Virus record (IMG/VR): IMGVR_UViG_3300023179_000030 | Span: 32,001 to 96,000 of that record | Direction: 5' to 3' (one strand) | DNA length: 64,000 nt | Source of the DNA: a virus | Shown here: piece after piece, positions 12,317-23,060 of the stretch | Layout: each line of letters begins with the position of its first letter | Numbering within the stretch: position 1 is the stretch's first letter | Notes under the pieces: generated by a model | What the model saw: the letters and a program-made list of their open reading frames with translations, nothing else | Database searches by the model: none | Told to the model about the DNA's origin: nothing | Position numbers and translations under genes: made by a program

Positions 12317-14236
12317 CTAAAATATATTCCAATTACTACCATTGGATATTAAACCCATCATTGAGTTTTGCTCTGTCATTATCATATTTGCATAACCATC
12401 TATAGTTTCTGCTCCTGTACCCACTACTGTTACCTGCCCCGTTCCTATATTCTTAATTTCAAAGTTTATACCTGTATTTATCGAAGCTGTAGGCAATGTA
12501 AGAGTTAATGTACCATTTGCAAAAATTACTGCATCATTAGAGGTTATTGTGCTGTTTGACGTAACGGATCGTAATGGGGAACTAACAATTATATTACCAT
12601 AGATAGTTCTATTTACTAATAAATTGCCTGACAAAGATAAATTGCTGGTAACCGCATTAAAATATAAAGCAGTAGATGACACATTTGCAGTTTGATCTGA
12701 ACCCACAGCCCCAACCATTACTGGATACAGTGTAGTGGTAGTAGTATTGTTGTTGGCAAAGATTAAATTAGTGCTACCGGCTGGTCCCTGTGGACCTTGT
12801 GGTCCTTGTGGTCCGCCTGCTGGCCCTTGTGGACCCTGTGCACCAGTATTACCTATTGGCCCAATTGGGCCCTGGGGGCCAGTTGGACCCTGTGGGCCTT
12901 GTGGTCCTTGTACACCAATTCCTTGTGGGCCTTGGCTTCCCTGCGGACCAGTTGGACCCTGTGGGCCTTGTGGTCCTGTGTTGCCAATTGGCCCAATTGG
13001 CCCTTGTGGACCTTGTGGACCACGTGGGCCCTGTGGGCCTTGTGGCCCTTGTACACCAATTCCTTGTGGGCCTTGGCTTCCCTGCGGACCAGTTGGACCC
13101 TGTGGGCCTTGTGGCCCTTGTACACCAATTCCTTGTGGACCTTGAACACCAGTTGGACCTTGAACACCAGTTGGGCCCTGTGGACCCTGTGGTCCTACCC
13201 CTTGTGGGCCCTGAACACCAGTTGGACCTTGAACACCAGTTGGGCCCTGTGGGCCTTGTGGTCCTACCCCTTGTGGGCCCTGAACACCTTGTGGGCCCTG
13301 TGGACCTTGTGGACCACCGGCTGGGCCTTGTGGGCCTTGTGGCCCGACCCCTGCTAGTAATGTTTGTACCTCTATTGTTGACAGTGGTGGCGGTGCTTCT
13401 GAAAATTGTATATTAGAGTTATTTAATGTGTATGATGTTCTAAGTTGAGCCACGCCATCAATAACCACAGTGGTATAATTAATGTTGGGTGGTCTAGTAG
13501 ATAAAGTGAATACGGATTGGCTACCTGTACCAATAAAGTCATCAACAAATATGGCTAGATTTCCAACATTTCCGCCAGTTGTTGGGCCCCAGCTTAGGTT
13601 GCCCATGCCATCTGTAATTATTGTATACCCGTAGGCACCACCACTGAGATGTAAATTGGCCACTGAACCCAATGAACTTATACCGCTAACTGTTAACGAA
13701 TTAATCGAACTTAAATTACCAGAATAATTAGGCAAATAACTAGTTAAATATCCAGGTAAGTAAGCCTCAACGTTGGCATTACTGTAGTTACCCGATACCA
13801 GAGCCCCGTTTACATATAATTTATCGTCTATTGTTGTAATTAGTGACCCAGCTAATATAAGATTTGACCCTATGTAAGCTGAGGACCATTGATTGTTTAC
13901 TGTACCTATAGTGTAGGTATTATTGGGCGAGGGTGTTAAATTACCCCCAATTGCCCCAAATACTGAAACACCATTGGGATAAAAGAATCCACTGGCAACA
14001 CTATTTCCCAGAGTTTCTATATTCCCGTAGGCAAATAAATTGCCAGTACGTATATTACCAGTTGTAACAAATGTATTGGCAGTTATGGTATTGCCAATTA
14101 AATCGGTGCCACCATTGGACCCAAAAACTGTGTAAAGTTCTGTGAAATTGTCATTTACTTTTGTAAACGCGGCTCGAACTGTGTCACCCGTTTGAGTGTC
14201 TGGACCATTACCTAAATTAATAATTTGCTGGGTCAT
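12317..14236 (-). CDS. Collagen-like fibre/baseplate-attached protein (639 aa)
   Basis: N-terminal [30 protein letters not shown] resembles the T4 gp9/gp10-type attachment motif; Gly-X-Y tract at ~12775-13350; C-terminal beta domain (LTLPTA...IKNIGTG.VTV...G.ETIDG). Confidence 0.8.
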   Translation of the reverse strand: MTQQIINLGNGPDTQTGDTVRAAFTKVNDNFTELYTVFGSNGGTDLIGNTITANTFVTTGNIRTGNLFAYGNIETLGNSVASGFFYPNGVSVFGAIGGNLTPSPNNTYTIGTVNNQWSSAYIGSNLILAGSLITTIDDKLYVNGALVSGNYSNANVEAYLPGYLTSYLPNYSGNLSSINSLTVSGISSLGSVANLHLSGGAYGYTIITDGMGNLSWGPTTGGNVGNLAIFVDDFIGTGSQSVFTLSTRPPNINYTTVVIDGVAQLRTSYTLNNSNIQFSEAPPPLSTIEVQTLLAGVGPQGPQGPAGGPQGPQGPQGVQGPQGVGPQGPQGPTGVQGPTGVQGPQGVGPQGPQGPTGVQGPTGVQGPQGIGVQGPQGPQGPTGPQGSQGPQGIGVQGPQGPQGPRGPQGPQGPIGPIGNTGPQGPQGPTGPQGSQGPQGIGVQGPQGPQGPTGPQGPIGPIGNTGAQGPQGPAGGPQGPQGPQGPAGSTNLIFANNNTTTTTLYPVMVGAVGSDQTANVSSTALYFNAVTSNLSLSGNLLVNRTIYGNIIVSSPLRSVTSNSTITSNDAVIFANGTLTLTLPTASINTGINFEIKNIGTGQVTVVGTGAETIDGYANMIMTEQNSMMGLISNGSNWNIF

Positions 14237-14262
14237 TTACCGCGTTCTTTCATGCCTTTATG

Positions 14263-14268
14263 TATTTA
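14263..14268 (-). promoter_or_regulatory. Putative late promoter (TAAATA)
   Basis: GCTAAATACATAAAGG upstream of ATG 14236. Confidence 0.6.
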
Positions 14269-14285
14269 GCTCAGACAATGAGACA

Positions 14286-14308
14286 GCTCTAGTGTTTTTC
14301 ACTAGAGC
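14286..14308 (-). terminator. Stem-loop after the 1226-aa fibre gene (possible terminator or processing site)
   Basis: GCTCTAGTG-TTTTT-CACTAGAGC 9-bp perfect stem; no clear U-tract on the minus strand. Confidence 0.4.
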
Positions 14309-14327
14309 GTCAAATCTTAGATTTGGG

Positions 14328-17300
14328 TTAACCACTTAGTCTTGTTTTCAATTTATCAATTTGATTTTGCAAATCCAAAATTTGTTTTTGCAAATCCAGC
14401 ACTTTATCCTCTAAAGATAGCTCTTTGGTGTCTAATTCCTGAATTGCTCGGACAATAACCGGTAACAACTTACCTGGAGTAGCTTCCAATCGTTCTGGAT
14501 TATCTTCCAGAACTAATGATAACCAATCTTTGATACCATATCGCTCAGTGACTTCCAGCAATTCTTGTGCTATAAAACCAGCTTCTTTGATTCCCGCTTT
14601 GGCACCATCACGCATCGCCCAAGTAAATTTAACAGGACGCAGTTCACGTATAAATTCTAATCCCAGTGGAATTGGTTCAATATCTTTCTTATCACGTGAG
14701 TCCGATAAAAAGGTAATAGAAGTTACTTGTGCACGTAATACTGTTATGTTAGTGTCACCTAAATTAATCGAATTACTTGAATTAGTTGCTGCTGGGTATG
14801 AGCCAGCGCCTAAAAAGGTATTATTGATGCCAGATACCAGGCTATTACCTGCAGTAAAACCTATAGCAGTATTACGGCATCCGATCGTATTACAAGACAA
14901 AGCCGCCAGCCCCAAAGCGGTATTACCCCAACCATATGTGTTTCCACACAATGCACATTTACCCATTGCTGTATTGTAATACCCTATGGTATTGGTTGAT
15001 AGGGCGTTAGTACCTAGCGCCGCATTTCCGTAGCCATTTGTGTTCGCAGCCAAGGCTAGATGCCCAACAGCAATATTGTTATGGCCAATTGAATTCCAGT
15101 TTAATGAGTTATGCCCTATAGCAACATTGCAGGCACCTGTTGTATTCGTGTATAGGGCATTGCCCCCAACAGCAATATTGTAAGTACCAATGGTGCTACT
15201 ATATAATGAAAACCTCCCCACTGCCACATTATCTGTACCCGTAGTATTTGCACCCAATGCATATGACCCAACAGCGGTATTATTATAACCAATTGAATTA
15301 GCACATAGGGCACTATCACCCACAGCTAAGTTAGAGGTTCCGGTTGTATTACACTTCAAAGCGGCATAACCTAGAGCGGTGTTAGTAAAACCACTGAGGT
15401 TACATCGCAATGCATTAACCCCAATGGCGGTGTTACTGCTACCAGTGGTATTGGCAAGTAACGCACATGATCCAATAGCGACATTATAGTTACCGTAAAT
15501 ATTGTTGAATGAAGCAAATGCACCCACTGCCGTATTACCATAGCCCGTAGTATTGTAGTAAAGAGCACTAGCACCTATAGCAGTGTTCATGGATATAGTA
15601 GTGTTGCAATACAATGCCTGAAATCCTATCGCAGTGTTATTACTGCCGATACTATTGTTATATAGAGAGCTAGATCCAAGTGCGGTATTGCAGTTTCCCC
15701 TAGAATTATAATACGATGCATAGCTACCAATAGCAATATTATAGCAACCTGTAGTATTAACTGTTAACGCACTTATACCAACTGCAACATTGTGTAATCC
15801 TGTGGTGGTTGCACATAGGGCGCTATCCCCAATAGCAATATTATAAGGTTTTTGTATATTAGCTAAAGAATTATTACCTATTGCAATATTATAAAATCCA
15901 CCGGCACTTTTACACATGGCACTAAAGCCAATAGCTATATTAGATACTCCTGTTACACTGCAAGCTAGAGCTAGATGACCAATGGCAATATTTTGATAGC
16001 CTGTGGTGTTGTCTTTCATTGCACTGAAACCTAGGGCAATATTGTTGTTTCCAAAGCTGTTGTTATATAATGCTGATGGGCCTATAGCAGTATTATAATA
16101 GCCAGTGGTATTGACATACAATGCCGATTGTCCCAATGCAATATTATTATACCCTTGTGTGTTATTATAAAGTGTGGAATTACCAATAGCAACATTTTGA
16201 TAGCCTGAGCCGTTTAGAGTCAACGCTCGCTCACCAACAGCAGTATTGTTATTTGCCAAATTGCATCGCAGTGCACATATACCCAAAGCTGTGTTACCGT
16301 AGCCACCAGAGTTCCTGAACAATGCACTTTGCCCTACTGCCGTATTTTCACGACCAGTGGTATTGCAATACATTGCACCGTCACCTAAAGCGGTATTATC
16401 ATAGCCAATGGTATTTAGAACTAATGCACAAGTACCTACCGCAGTATTTCTACAACCAGTGGTATTTGAGTATAATGCACTAGCACCAATTGCTATGTTG
16501 TTATTACCTGTGCTATTACGTAATGCTTGATAGCCCAATGCTGCCGACCCAGTTAGTGCAGTAGAAGTACAACCATACACACCACCAATATTAATTGGGG
16601 TCGCCAATGACGTAAGTCCGGTTGGGCCCTGTGGTCCCGTATTGCCAATTGGACCAATTGGACCGGTTGGGCCTTGTGGCCCTGTATTGCCAATTGGACC
16701 AATTGGGCCAATTGGCCCTTGCGGACCTTGTGGGCCAATTGGACCAATTGGCCCTTGTGGACCTTGTGGGCCACGTGGGCCCTGTGGGCCACCTGGGTCA
16801 CCCTGTGGACCTTGGGGGCCTGCATTACCTTGTATACCCTGTGGCCCCGTTGGACCTTGTGGGCCCTGTGGACCTTGTGGGCCACCGGCTGGGCCTTGTG
16901 GACCTTGATTTCCTATGGGCCCAATTGGACCAATTGGACCTTGTGGTCCCTGTGGTCCCGTTGGACCTTGTGGGCCCTGTGGACCTTGGCTACCACCACC
17001 ACCGCTTGGACCCTGTGGGCCTTGTACACCAGTTGGACCTTGTGGGCCAATTGGACCAATTGGTCCTTGCGGCCCTTGTGGGCCCTGTGGACCTTGTGAT
17101 CCTGTGCCACCACCTGGCCCAATGGGCCCCTGTGGCCCTTGTGGGCCAATATTACCTATTGGACCAATTGGTCCTTGCGGCCCTTGTGGGCCCTGTGGAC
17201 CTTGTGATCCTGTGCCACCACCTGGTCCAGTTGGGCCTTGCACACCTTGGTCACCTTGTGGGCCCTGTGGACCCCTGGGTCCTTGTGGGCCCTGTGGACC

Positions 17301-18008
17301 TTGTGATCCGGTTGGTCCTTGTATACCAGAATCGCCAGGTGACCCTTGTGGGCCCTGTGGACCCCTGGGTCCTTGTGGGCCCTGTGGGCCTTGTGATCCG
17401 GTTGGTCCTTGCGGGCCAACTCCTTGCGGCCCTTGTACACCAGTTGGACCTTGAGGTCCTTGTGTGCCAGCCCCTGATGGGCCTTGCGGCCCTTGTGGAC
17501 CGGTTGGACCTTGGGGACCTTGAGGCCCTTGTGGTCCTGATCCCTGAGGTCCTTGTGGTCCTTGTGTACCTGTTGTACCTTGTGGACCTTGTGGACCTTG
17601 TGGTCCTACCCCTTGCGGACCTTGTGGGCCGGTGGGTCCTTGGGGCCCTTGTGGCCCTTGAGTTCCTGTACCCTGTGGTCCTTGTGGACCGGTTGGTCCT
17701 TGTGGGCCTTGTGGACCTATTCCTTGTGGTCCTTGGGGCCCTTGTGGACCGGTTGGACCTTGGGGACCTTGAGGCCCACCAGCTGGTCCTTGTGGTCCTT
17801 GTGGCCCTTGTACACCAGTTGGACTTGTCACCCATCGTCGAGAACCATCGATATTTCCCATCAATACGTAATTATTTGCTGCTGGTACTCCTAAATCAGG
17901 TTCGGCATCATTTAATCTAAGCCAAGTATATCTATCTGATGGTACACTGGCACTGGGTGTTTTGGGTACTTTACCGCTGAGTAAATTATTACTAATACGT
18001 TTAGTCAT
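14328..18008 (-). CDS. Collagen-like tail fibre (1226 aa) with beta-solenoid repeats and S74-like chaperone; paralogue of 790-8214
   Basis: Gly-X-Y tract ~16620-17820, NTTGxxNTAxG repeats, C-terminal SDSRDK...[25 protein letters not shown]...GFIAQELLE nearly identical to the 2474-aa protein. Confidence 0.85.
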   Translation of the reverse strand: MTKRISNNLLSGKVPKTPSASVPSDRYTWLRLNDAEPDLGVPAANNYVLMGNIDGSRRWVTSPTGVQGPQGPQGPAGGPQGPQGPTGPQGPQGPQGIGPQGPQGPTGPQGPQGTGTQGPQGPQGPTGPQGPQGVGPQGPQGPQGTTGTQGPQGPQGSGPQGPQGPQGPTGPQGPQGPSGAGTQGPQGPTGVQGPQGVGPQGPTGSQGPQGPQGPRGPQGPQGSPGDSGIQGPTGSQGPQGPQGPRGPQGPQGDQGVQGPTGPGGGTGSQGPQGPQGPQGPIGPIGNIGPQGPQGPIGPGGGTGSQGPQGPQGPQGPIGPIGPQGPTGVQGPQGPSGGGGSQGPQGPQGPTGPQGPQGPIGPIGPIGNQGPQGPAGGPQGPQGPQGPTGPQGIQGNAGPQGPQGDPGGPQGPRGPQGPQGPIGPIGPQGPQGPIGPIGPIGNTGPQGPTGPIGPIGNTGPQGPTGLTSLATPINIGGVYGCTSTALTGSAALGYQALRNSTGNNNIAIGASALYSNTTGCRNTAVGTCALVLNTIGYDNTALGDGAMYCNTTGRENTAVGQSALFRNSGGYGNTALGICALRCNLANNNTAVGERALTLNGSGYQNVAIGNSTLYNNTQGYNNIALGQSALYVNTTGYYNTAIGPSALYNNSFGNNNIALGFSAMKDNTTGYQNIAIGHLALACSVTGVSNIAIGFSAMCKSAGGFYNIAIGNNSLANIQKPYNIAIGDSALCATTTGLHNVAVGISALTVNTTGCYNIAIGSYASYYNSRGNCNTALGSSSLYNNSIGSNNTAIGFQALYCNTTISMNTAIGASALYYNTTGYGNTAVGAFASFNNIYGNYNVAIGSCALLANTTGSSNTAIGVNALRCNLSGFTNTALGYAALKCNTTGTSNLAVGDSALCANSIGYNNTAVGSYALGANTTGTDNVAVGRFSLYSSTIGTYNIAVGGNALYTNTTGACNVAIGHNSLNWNSIGHNNIAVGHLALAANTNGYGNAALGTNALSTNTIGYYNTAMGKCALCGNTYGWGNTALGLAALSCNTIGCRNTAIGFTAGNSLVSGINNTFLGAGSYPAATNSSNSINLGDTNITVLRAQVTSITFLSDSRDKKDIEPIPLGLEFIRELRPVKFTWAMRDGAKAGIKEAGFIAQELLEVTERYGIKDWLSLVLEDNPERLEATPGKLLPVIVRAIQELDTKELSLEDKVLDLQKQILDLQNQIDKLKTRLSG

Positions 18009-18009
18009 T

Positions 18010-18339
18010 TTATATTGTCTCTAATAAACTTAAAGTTAACTTTAAAGCGTTATTTGCACTGACGTTCGCGGTAAAACTTTGCCCTGCTTGTAAAATTAAC
18101 TTACCAGTTAGCAAACCTGCTGCGTCAGCGCCGGGTATTGCAAAATTTTTAACCAACTCAGTGGTTACGCTGCTGCCATCGTAATGATTAGCAGTAACGT
18201 TAGCGGAAGTATTGGTGATGTTAGCCACTTGCGCCATTAATACAATTGTTGTTGTATTGGATGGTGTAGTGTAAATCGTCGCGCTAGTTGTTGTTAAATT
18301 AGCTGTTACTGTTTTAAACGTATTTAATGGAGTTGCCAT
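18010..18339 (-). CDS. Small virion beta-sandwich protein (109 aa)
   Basis: Tight packing in operon, AAGGA RBS; similar pattern to 19589-19900. Confidence 0.7.
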   Translation of the reverse strand: MATPLNTFKTVTANLTTTSATIYTTPSNTTTIVLMAQVANITNTSANVTANHYDGSSVTTELVKNFAIPGADAAGLLTGKLILQAGQSFTANVSANNALKLTLSLLETI

Positions 18340-18342
18340 TTA

Positions 18343-19575
18343 TTATCCTTCAATGCTTAATATATACGGGGTCAGTACAGCAAATAGACTTCGATTAAAG
18401 TCATCCCCTTCAATAGTTCCAGTGGCTCTAACCATGGTTAACCCTGTACCGATTCGAAAATCTCCCTTTTGGTCTGTACTAGTAAAATTCACTCTACCAC
18501 CATTGGTTTGAACCACTTCATTGGCTGGGACAGGAATACCACCATATTGAGGTAACGCCGTTGCGGGATTTGTCCCTGCGCCAACATATTCCATAGTGTG
18601 TCCACTGGCACTTACTGTACTTACTGCATAACCGGTTGCGCTTGTGCCACCTGCAAATGAATTACCAAATCTAGAAGTTACATTGATTTGCCAGGTATTT
18701 GCTCCTATGTTTGAAAAAGTACTTATAAAATAAAGATTTGGGTCGCTACCAATTAATAGCCCATTGTTTGTTCTTGGAAAGCTGCTCATTCCAGATAATG
18801 TCACCGAAGTGTTACCAGCTTGAACAGCATTTAATACCGTACCGGTATATAAAGCAACTTTACCATCTGCCCAAATACCATAATTGCCTATGCTGCAATC
18901 ACTGCCGTTTACGGTAGCAAAACTACCACTTTCAATCTTGATCCCAACATCGGTAGCAATGGTATAAATGTTAACCATTTGGCTATAGGCTTGATTGATT
19001 AATTTTACCCCCACTCCACCAGTATTAATAATAGTCATAAACCCTAAGATCATGCCTTTGGTTGAGTCTGATGTACTTAAACTACCATCAATTAAAACGC
19101 AAGTACCGGTAGTTGTTTTACTGGTTATATTTTGTATATATGGACTGATATAAACGGTTAATCCGCCACCAGGTGGATAAGAAAAACAATTAGCCAAATA
19201 ATCTTTTACTGTTATACCCCAAACATATGTTCCTGCATTTAAATAAAACAAATCGGAACTTGGAGTGGCAGGTGTTATAAACACTGTACGTAGGTCTTCG
19301 CCCATTAGAGCCACATTAGCAGGTATAGTCACTGGATTTATTTCGGTATAAGATCCGCTGGCCACTTTAACTGCTGTACCACTGGTTGCTGCGGCCATAG
19401 CTGCTTTAATAGTTAGGAATGGGGTGGCTAGACTTTTACCATCATTTGAATCCGATCCATTTTTTGCCACATATAATGTATTGGAGAAATTACTGTTTGC
19501 CACAGTTAGCACTGGGCTGTCGTTGGATTTAACAGAATATGCTGACAGTGACGATTGTTTTATTAGTCTACCCAT
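18343..19575 (-). CDS. Tail spike-like protein with parallel beta-helix (pectin-lyase-like fold)
   Basis: LYVAKNGSDSNDG...PFLTIKAA...VKVASGSYTE.NP..IP.NV.L.GEDLR is the typical beta-helix N-cap motif. Confidence 0.65.
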   Translation of the reverse strand: MGRLIKQSSLSAYSVKSNDSPVLTVANSNFSNTLYVAKNGSDSNDGKSLATPFLTIKAAMAAATSGTAVKVASGSYTEINPVTIPANVALMGEDLRTVFITPATPSSDLFYLNAGTYVWGITVKDYLANCFSYPPGGGLTVYISPYIQNITSKTTTGTCVLIDGSLSTSDSTKGMILGFMTIINTGGVGVKLINQAYSQMVNIYTIATDVGIKIESGSFATVNGSDCSIGNYGIWADGKVALYTGTVLNAVQAGNTSVTLSGMSSFPRTNNGLLIGSDPNLYFISTFSNIGANTWQINVTSRFGNSFAGGTSATGYAVSTVSASGHTMEYVGAGTNPATALPQYGGIPVPANEVVQTNGGRVNFTSTDQKGDFRIGTGLTMVRATGTIEGDDFNRSLFAVLTPYILSIEG

Positions 19576-19588
19576 TTTTTGGCCTTTG

Positions 19589-19900
19589 TTAAATTGTAGT
19601 AAAGCTTACTGTGGATGTACATACTGTGTTTGCATTGGCATTTGCGCGAATTGTATCACCAACATCTAAAAGCAATCTCTCAGAATTAATTACATATGTA
19701 TCCCCCGCTACTACCACTACGTTGGTGTATATTTTATTGGTATTCGATGGCGTGCCACCACTGGGGACTGCGTATAAATTGAAAGTCACATTGGCAGAGG
19801 TTGAATAATTTGCAATATATATTGCAGTAATGGCGGTATTCGCCGAACTCACAAATATATTAGCTGCTGTGGTTGTTATTAAAGTATTTTGTAGTGACAT
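19589..19900 (-). CDS. Small virion beta-sandwich protein (start re-assigned to ATG 19900)
   Basis: GGATAATCAC-ATG; sequence pattern paralogous to 18010-18339. Confidence 0.7.
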   Translation of the reverse strand: MSLQNTLITTTAANIFVSSANTAITAIYIANYSTSANVTFNLYAVPSGGTPSNTNKIYTNVVVVAGDTYVINSERLLLDVGDTIRANANANTVCTSTVSFTTI

Positions 19901-19904
19901 GTGA

Positions 19905-20426
19905 TTATCCAAAAATAATTGAGTATTTTAGTGCGGCTGCTGCTGTGGCCAATTCTCCAATTTTGTTTCCGGAATTGACATACAATCCGCTTTTACCTAA
20001 TTTAGATGTAAACCCAGTAATTGTTACATACCCTGGATTATAAGAGGGTGTATTGGTAGTTTCTGCAATTTTTGCATTAAAGCTAGTGACAATTGGGCCT
20101 TGTGCGCCAGATGCATCAGTTAATGTCCACTGCCCAGCAAATGTCCCGGTTTCATTCCAATAAAATGATGTTGTTGGTTGTGTACCTCGAATAACATTTA
20201 TACCGCTGCTGCCCGAATAAGGGCTATTTGTGGGACTTAAATTGGCATTTAGATTTATCACAGGTTGTATCGTGTCTAGATTAGCAAAAGTATTGCCGCT
20301 GACATATATATTACCGTTGATCCTAAAAGTATTTGTATTGACTATCACATTACCAGTGGGGTTACCCTCAGCTGGCAAAGTACTGATAGTATAGTCGCCT
20401 GTAGAAATTCGTTTAGTCGCACTCAT
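19905..20426 (-). CDS. Hypothetical virion protein (173 aa)
   Basis: ORF track; SGI.V.RG...FYWNE...W motif typical of fibre/neck accessory proteins; TAAATA at 20445-20450. Confidence 0.65.
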   Translation of the reverse strand: MSATKRISTGDYTISTLPAEGNPTGNVIVNTNTFRINGNIYVSGNTFANLDTIQPVINLNANLSPTNSPYSGSSGINVIRGTQPTTSFYWNETGTFAGQWTLTDASGAQGPIVTSFNAKIAETTNTPSYNPGYVTITGFTSKLGKSGLYVNSGNKIGELATAAAALKYSIIFG

Positions 20427-20479
20427 GTTTTGTTCCAGTTAATGTATTTAGCCAGAAAAAATTTAATCACAAGTAACAA

Positions 20480-20507
20480 GAAAATAGGCTGAAATCAGCC
20501 TATTTTC
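20480..20507 (-). terminator. Rho-independent terminator after the 241-aa gene
   Basis: GAAAATAGGCTGA-AA-TCAGCCTATTTTC inverted repeat with T-rich tail. Confidence 0.7.
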
Positions 20508-20527
20508 ATGCTTGTGTTGTGTCAAAA

Positions 20528-21253
20528 TTAAGCGTTATCAACACGAACCAATGTAACTGCTTGCCAGGCTGGCTGACTAGCCAATACTGCTGCACCTGTT
20601 GTGTAAGGAGCGCCTAGATAATAACGCCATTTTGTATTAGCCCAATCGGTTACATATTTATTTGTAAGGGTTTTTACATTGAATGTTTCACCTATGTTAG
20701 CCTGAGCATTAGTGACTGTTTGTGTAGTACAGCTTACGGTAACATTTGTAGACGAATTTACAGCAACTACGGTTACGTTGCCTGTTAAACCCGTACCAGA
20801 TAATTGATGGTTAACACTGGGAGTAGCATATCCTGTTACATTACCTGACACCCAGGTAACATACGCACTGGTGCGATTGGTTAAACCCAATGGTGTTGCA
20901 GCACCCACGTTGGCAATGTTTGCACCGGTAATCGTGTTGACATTAGCCAAAATTGTCATGGTATTCGCGGTGCTTAGTTCTGATGCTAATAGATTAACTA
21001 TTGATGCTGTTGTTGTATTGGCACCAGTTGTGTCAACCACTCTATGTTTTCTTTCGCCCTTTTGTTGTTTAATATAACCAGTATACAATGTGCTTCCTAG
21101 ATAAAAACTTGCACGAATAGTCGCTGGTGTAGTAATACTAGTATTACCACCTGTACCCCCAATGTTAGTACCGTTAATTGTAATAGGACTTATATAGTTA
21201 TCAACTTGAGCGTTAGTTGCACTGTTGACTTGCGTTATTTTTAATTTTGCCAT
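20528..21253 (-). CDS. Virion structural protein (241 aa), possibly head decoration
   Basis: Strong AAGGA RBS, own TAAATA (21334-21339) and terminator; first structural gene downstream of capsid gene. Confidence 0.6.
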   Translation of the reverse strand: MAKLKITQVNSATNAQVDNYISPITINGTNIGGTGGNTSITTPATIRASFYLGSTLYTGYIKQQKGERKHRVVDTTGANTTTASIVNLLASELSTANTMTILANVNTITGANIANVGAATPLGLTNRTSAYVTWVSGNVTGYATPSVNHQLSGTGLTGNVTVVAVNSSTNVTVSCTTQTVTNAQANIGETFNVKTLTNKYVTDWANTKWRYYLGAPYTTGAAVLASQPAWQAVTLVRVDNA

Positions 21254-21277
21254 TTTCTTTTTCCTTGTAGTGGTAGC

Positions 21278-21328
21278 GTTCTAGGCAACCCGGAGTGGCT
21301 CTCACGGGAATTCTCATTAACATAGAAC
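21278..21328 (-). promoter_or_regulatory. Structured 5' leader of the 241-aa gene
   Basis: Minus strand GUUCUA...CCCG-U-GAG-AGCCA-CUC-CGGG...UAGAAC: nested stems between the late promoter and the RBS. Confidence 0.45.
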
Positions 21329-21434
21329 ATATGTATTTATGCAAAGACAGGAAAATATAAGTTTTGACTAAGTCAAGAAAAAGCCAGAATTTTATCAGTG
21401 CTAGTCAATGAGGAAGCATTAACTTTTTAGACCA

Positions 21435-22940
21435 CTAGTCATTAGCCAATGAGGTATCGTAAATCCATTTTGAATGCCCACAATCCCATATCCTGTAGAA
21501 TTTTCTTTCGCGCATAATCTGGTGTTCAGTTTTTGAATTATCCTCAATGTTTTTAGCTATTGCTTTTTTAGTAAATATAGACCTGTGATATCTGTTAACA
21601 AAATCAGTATAAGCATAGCTGGGTTTTAAATGGTCAGGTGATAATTTGAATTTTAACTTTTTATAGACATTGCCGGTTCCCCATCTCATGTCACAGTAGG
21701 AAATAACTTTGTTAGGTTTAAAATCCTTTAAAAACGCTGCAAATAGCTTACTGGCGCCGCCTATCACTGTTCCAATACTACAGTATCGTATTAATTCAAA
21801 ATCAGAGGTTTTGTCATATCTTGGTTTACCAAAAGTCATAACTGCAATCAATTGATCATTATAATAACATCCATAAGCAATCTTTGCTACAGCATTGCCT
21901 TGAATATGCACATCCTGAATAAAATATTTGGCTGTTGATATAGGTATAGTCTTAACCTGGCATTTTCTGGCATATATTTTTGTATCCCTTACTAAGATAT
22001 TATTTAGACGTCTTTTAACAATATCCTGCCTTTGAACCCATTCGTCCTCGAATATGGTAATTAATCGGTAACCCTTACTATTGCACAGATTCATCTTATT
22101 AATATGATAATTTTTATCGGTTTTGTGAGCTTCAGAATGCCAATATAATCCGCAATATTCTATGGCGATCTTTAAATCAGGGATTACTATATCTAATTCC
22201 CAAGGATTAATTATACTTTTATTAGACTTTTGTACATTAGACCCAACAATAGATTTTACATATTCATATAACTCATTTTCCTGTTTACTAGTATACGAAG
22301 GCATATAAGGATTGCAGATTTTGCATTTGGGGACATGCCCATTATCAATATAATCATTGAAAATATTATTGCACTCGCAACATTTAAATTGATAATGTAC
22401 ATGCCCGCTGACTCCTTCATATTCAGATTCTGGGGTTACAAATTCAATTGAAGCAATAGATTTGTATTTGTTATTTAATTTTTGGAATGCAGTTTGCTTG
22501 ATTGGTCTAGTTTTTCTTATAAATGATTTGTAATATTGTTCGTGTTTATTTTTTGCTGTCAAAGTCTGGCCATTATTAGTAACGCCATATTTGTCTAATG
22601 TGGTTTTAATCCTTTTTTGAGAAATATGTTTTTTCTTTTGTTCGGAATATTGCTTTTTTGTGGAAGATACCTTTTCTGATACACTTTTTGCAGCACATAT
22701 ACATACCCCAGCTGCGCCACAAAACCTATACCCCTGATTTACTGAGTTAAACTTTTTGATAGCCCCTAAATCACAGATGTTGTTCACATCATGCAATGCA
22801 CTATAAATCATCTCAGAGTAATTTACAGAAACCACTTTGGAATTACTTACAACCCAGGTATTTAATTCTGAATCATTTTTTATGATTTTTGAAAAATTCT
22901 TGGGTTTGTTGGCAATTATTTCTAATATTTTCTGTTTCAT
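21435..22940 (-). CDS. Free-standing putative homing endonuclease (PD-(D/E)xK/Vsr-like core plus C-terminal GNAT-like domain)
   Basis: Zn-finger CxxC pairs; ELDIVIPDLKIAIEYCGLYWHSE...LITIFEDEW; IYARKC...ELIRYC...GGASKLF...ISYCDMRWG.G..Y...IWDCG; AT-rich relative to neighbours. Confidence 0.75.
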   Translation of the reverse strand: MKQKILEIIANKPKNFSKIIKNDSELNTWVVSNSKVVSVNYSEMIYSALHDVNNICDLGAIKKFNSVNQGYRFCGAAGVCICAAKSVSEKVSSTKKQYSEQKKKHISQKRIKTTLDKYGVTNNGQTLTAKNKHEQYYKSFIRKTRPIKQTAFQKLNNKYKSIASIEFVTPESEYEGVSGHVHYQFKCCECNNIFNDYIDNGHVPKCKICNPYMPSYTSKQENELYEYVKSIVGSNVQKSNKSIINPWELDIVIPDLKIAIEYCGLYWHSEAHKTDKNYHINKMNLCNSKGYRLITIFEDEWVQRQDIVKRRLNNILVRDTKIYARKCQVKTIPISTAKYFIQDVHIQGNAVAKIAYGCYYNDQLIAVMTFGKPRYDKTSDFELIRYCSIGTVIGGASKLFAAFLKDFKPNKVISYCDMRWGTGNVYKKLKFKLSPDHLKPSYAYTDFVNRYHRSIFTKKAIAKNIEDNSKTEHQIMRERKFYRIWDCGHSKWIYDTSLAND

Positions 22941-22968
22941 GTCCCTACGACTTTTTGAAGTTTGTTAC

Positions 22969-22996
22969 AGTATATATTAAAATCAAATAAAGTCAA
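22969..22996 (-). promoter_or_regulatory. Sigma70-type promoter for the endonuclease gene
   Basis: TTGACT-N16-TATACT on minus strand, just downstream of the capsid terminator. Confidence 0.55.
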
Positions 22997-23011
22997 TACA
23001 AACGTCAAGAA

Positions 23012-23037
23012 AAAAGCCCAGTAATTACTGGGCTTTT
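23012..23037 (-). terminator. Rho-independent terminator of major capsid gene
   Basis: AAAAGCCCAGTA-AT-TACTGGGCTTTT followed on the minus strand by a U-run. Confidence 0.85.
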
Positions 23038-23060
23038 ACATTAAACACTAAGGTTTAATA

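Noticed and set aside
5711-17920. Many alternative-frame and antisense ORFs (GPCGP, LDLVAL, WTLWAL, HKVHRA types) over the collagen tracts
   Set aside because: Shadows of stop-poor 9-bp repeats; no RBS or independent features.
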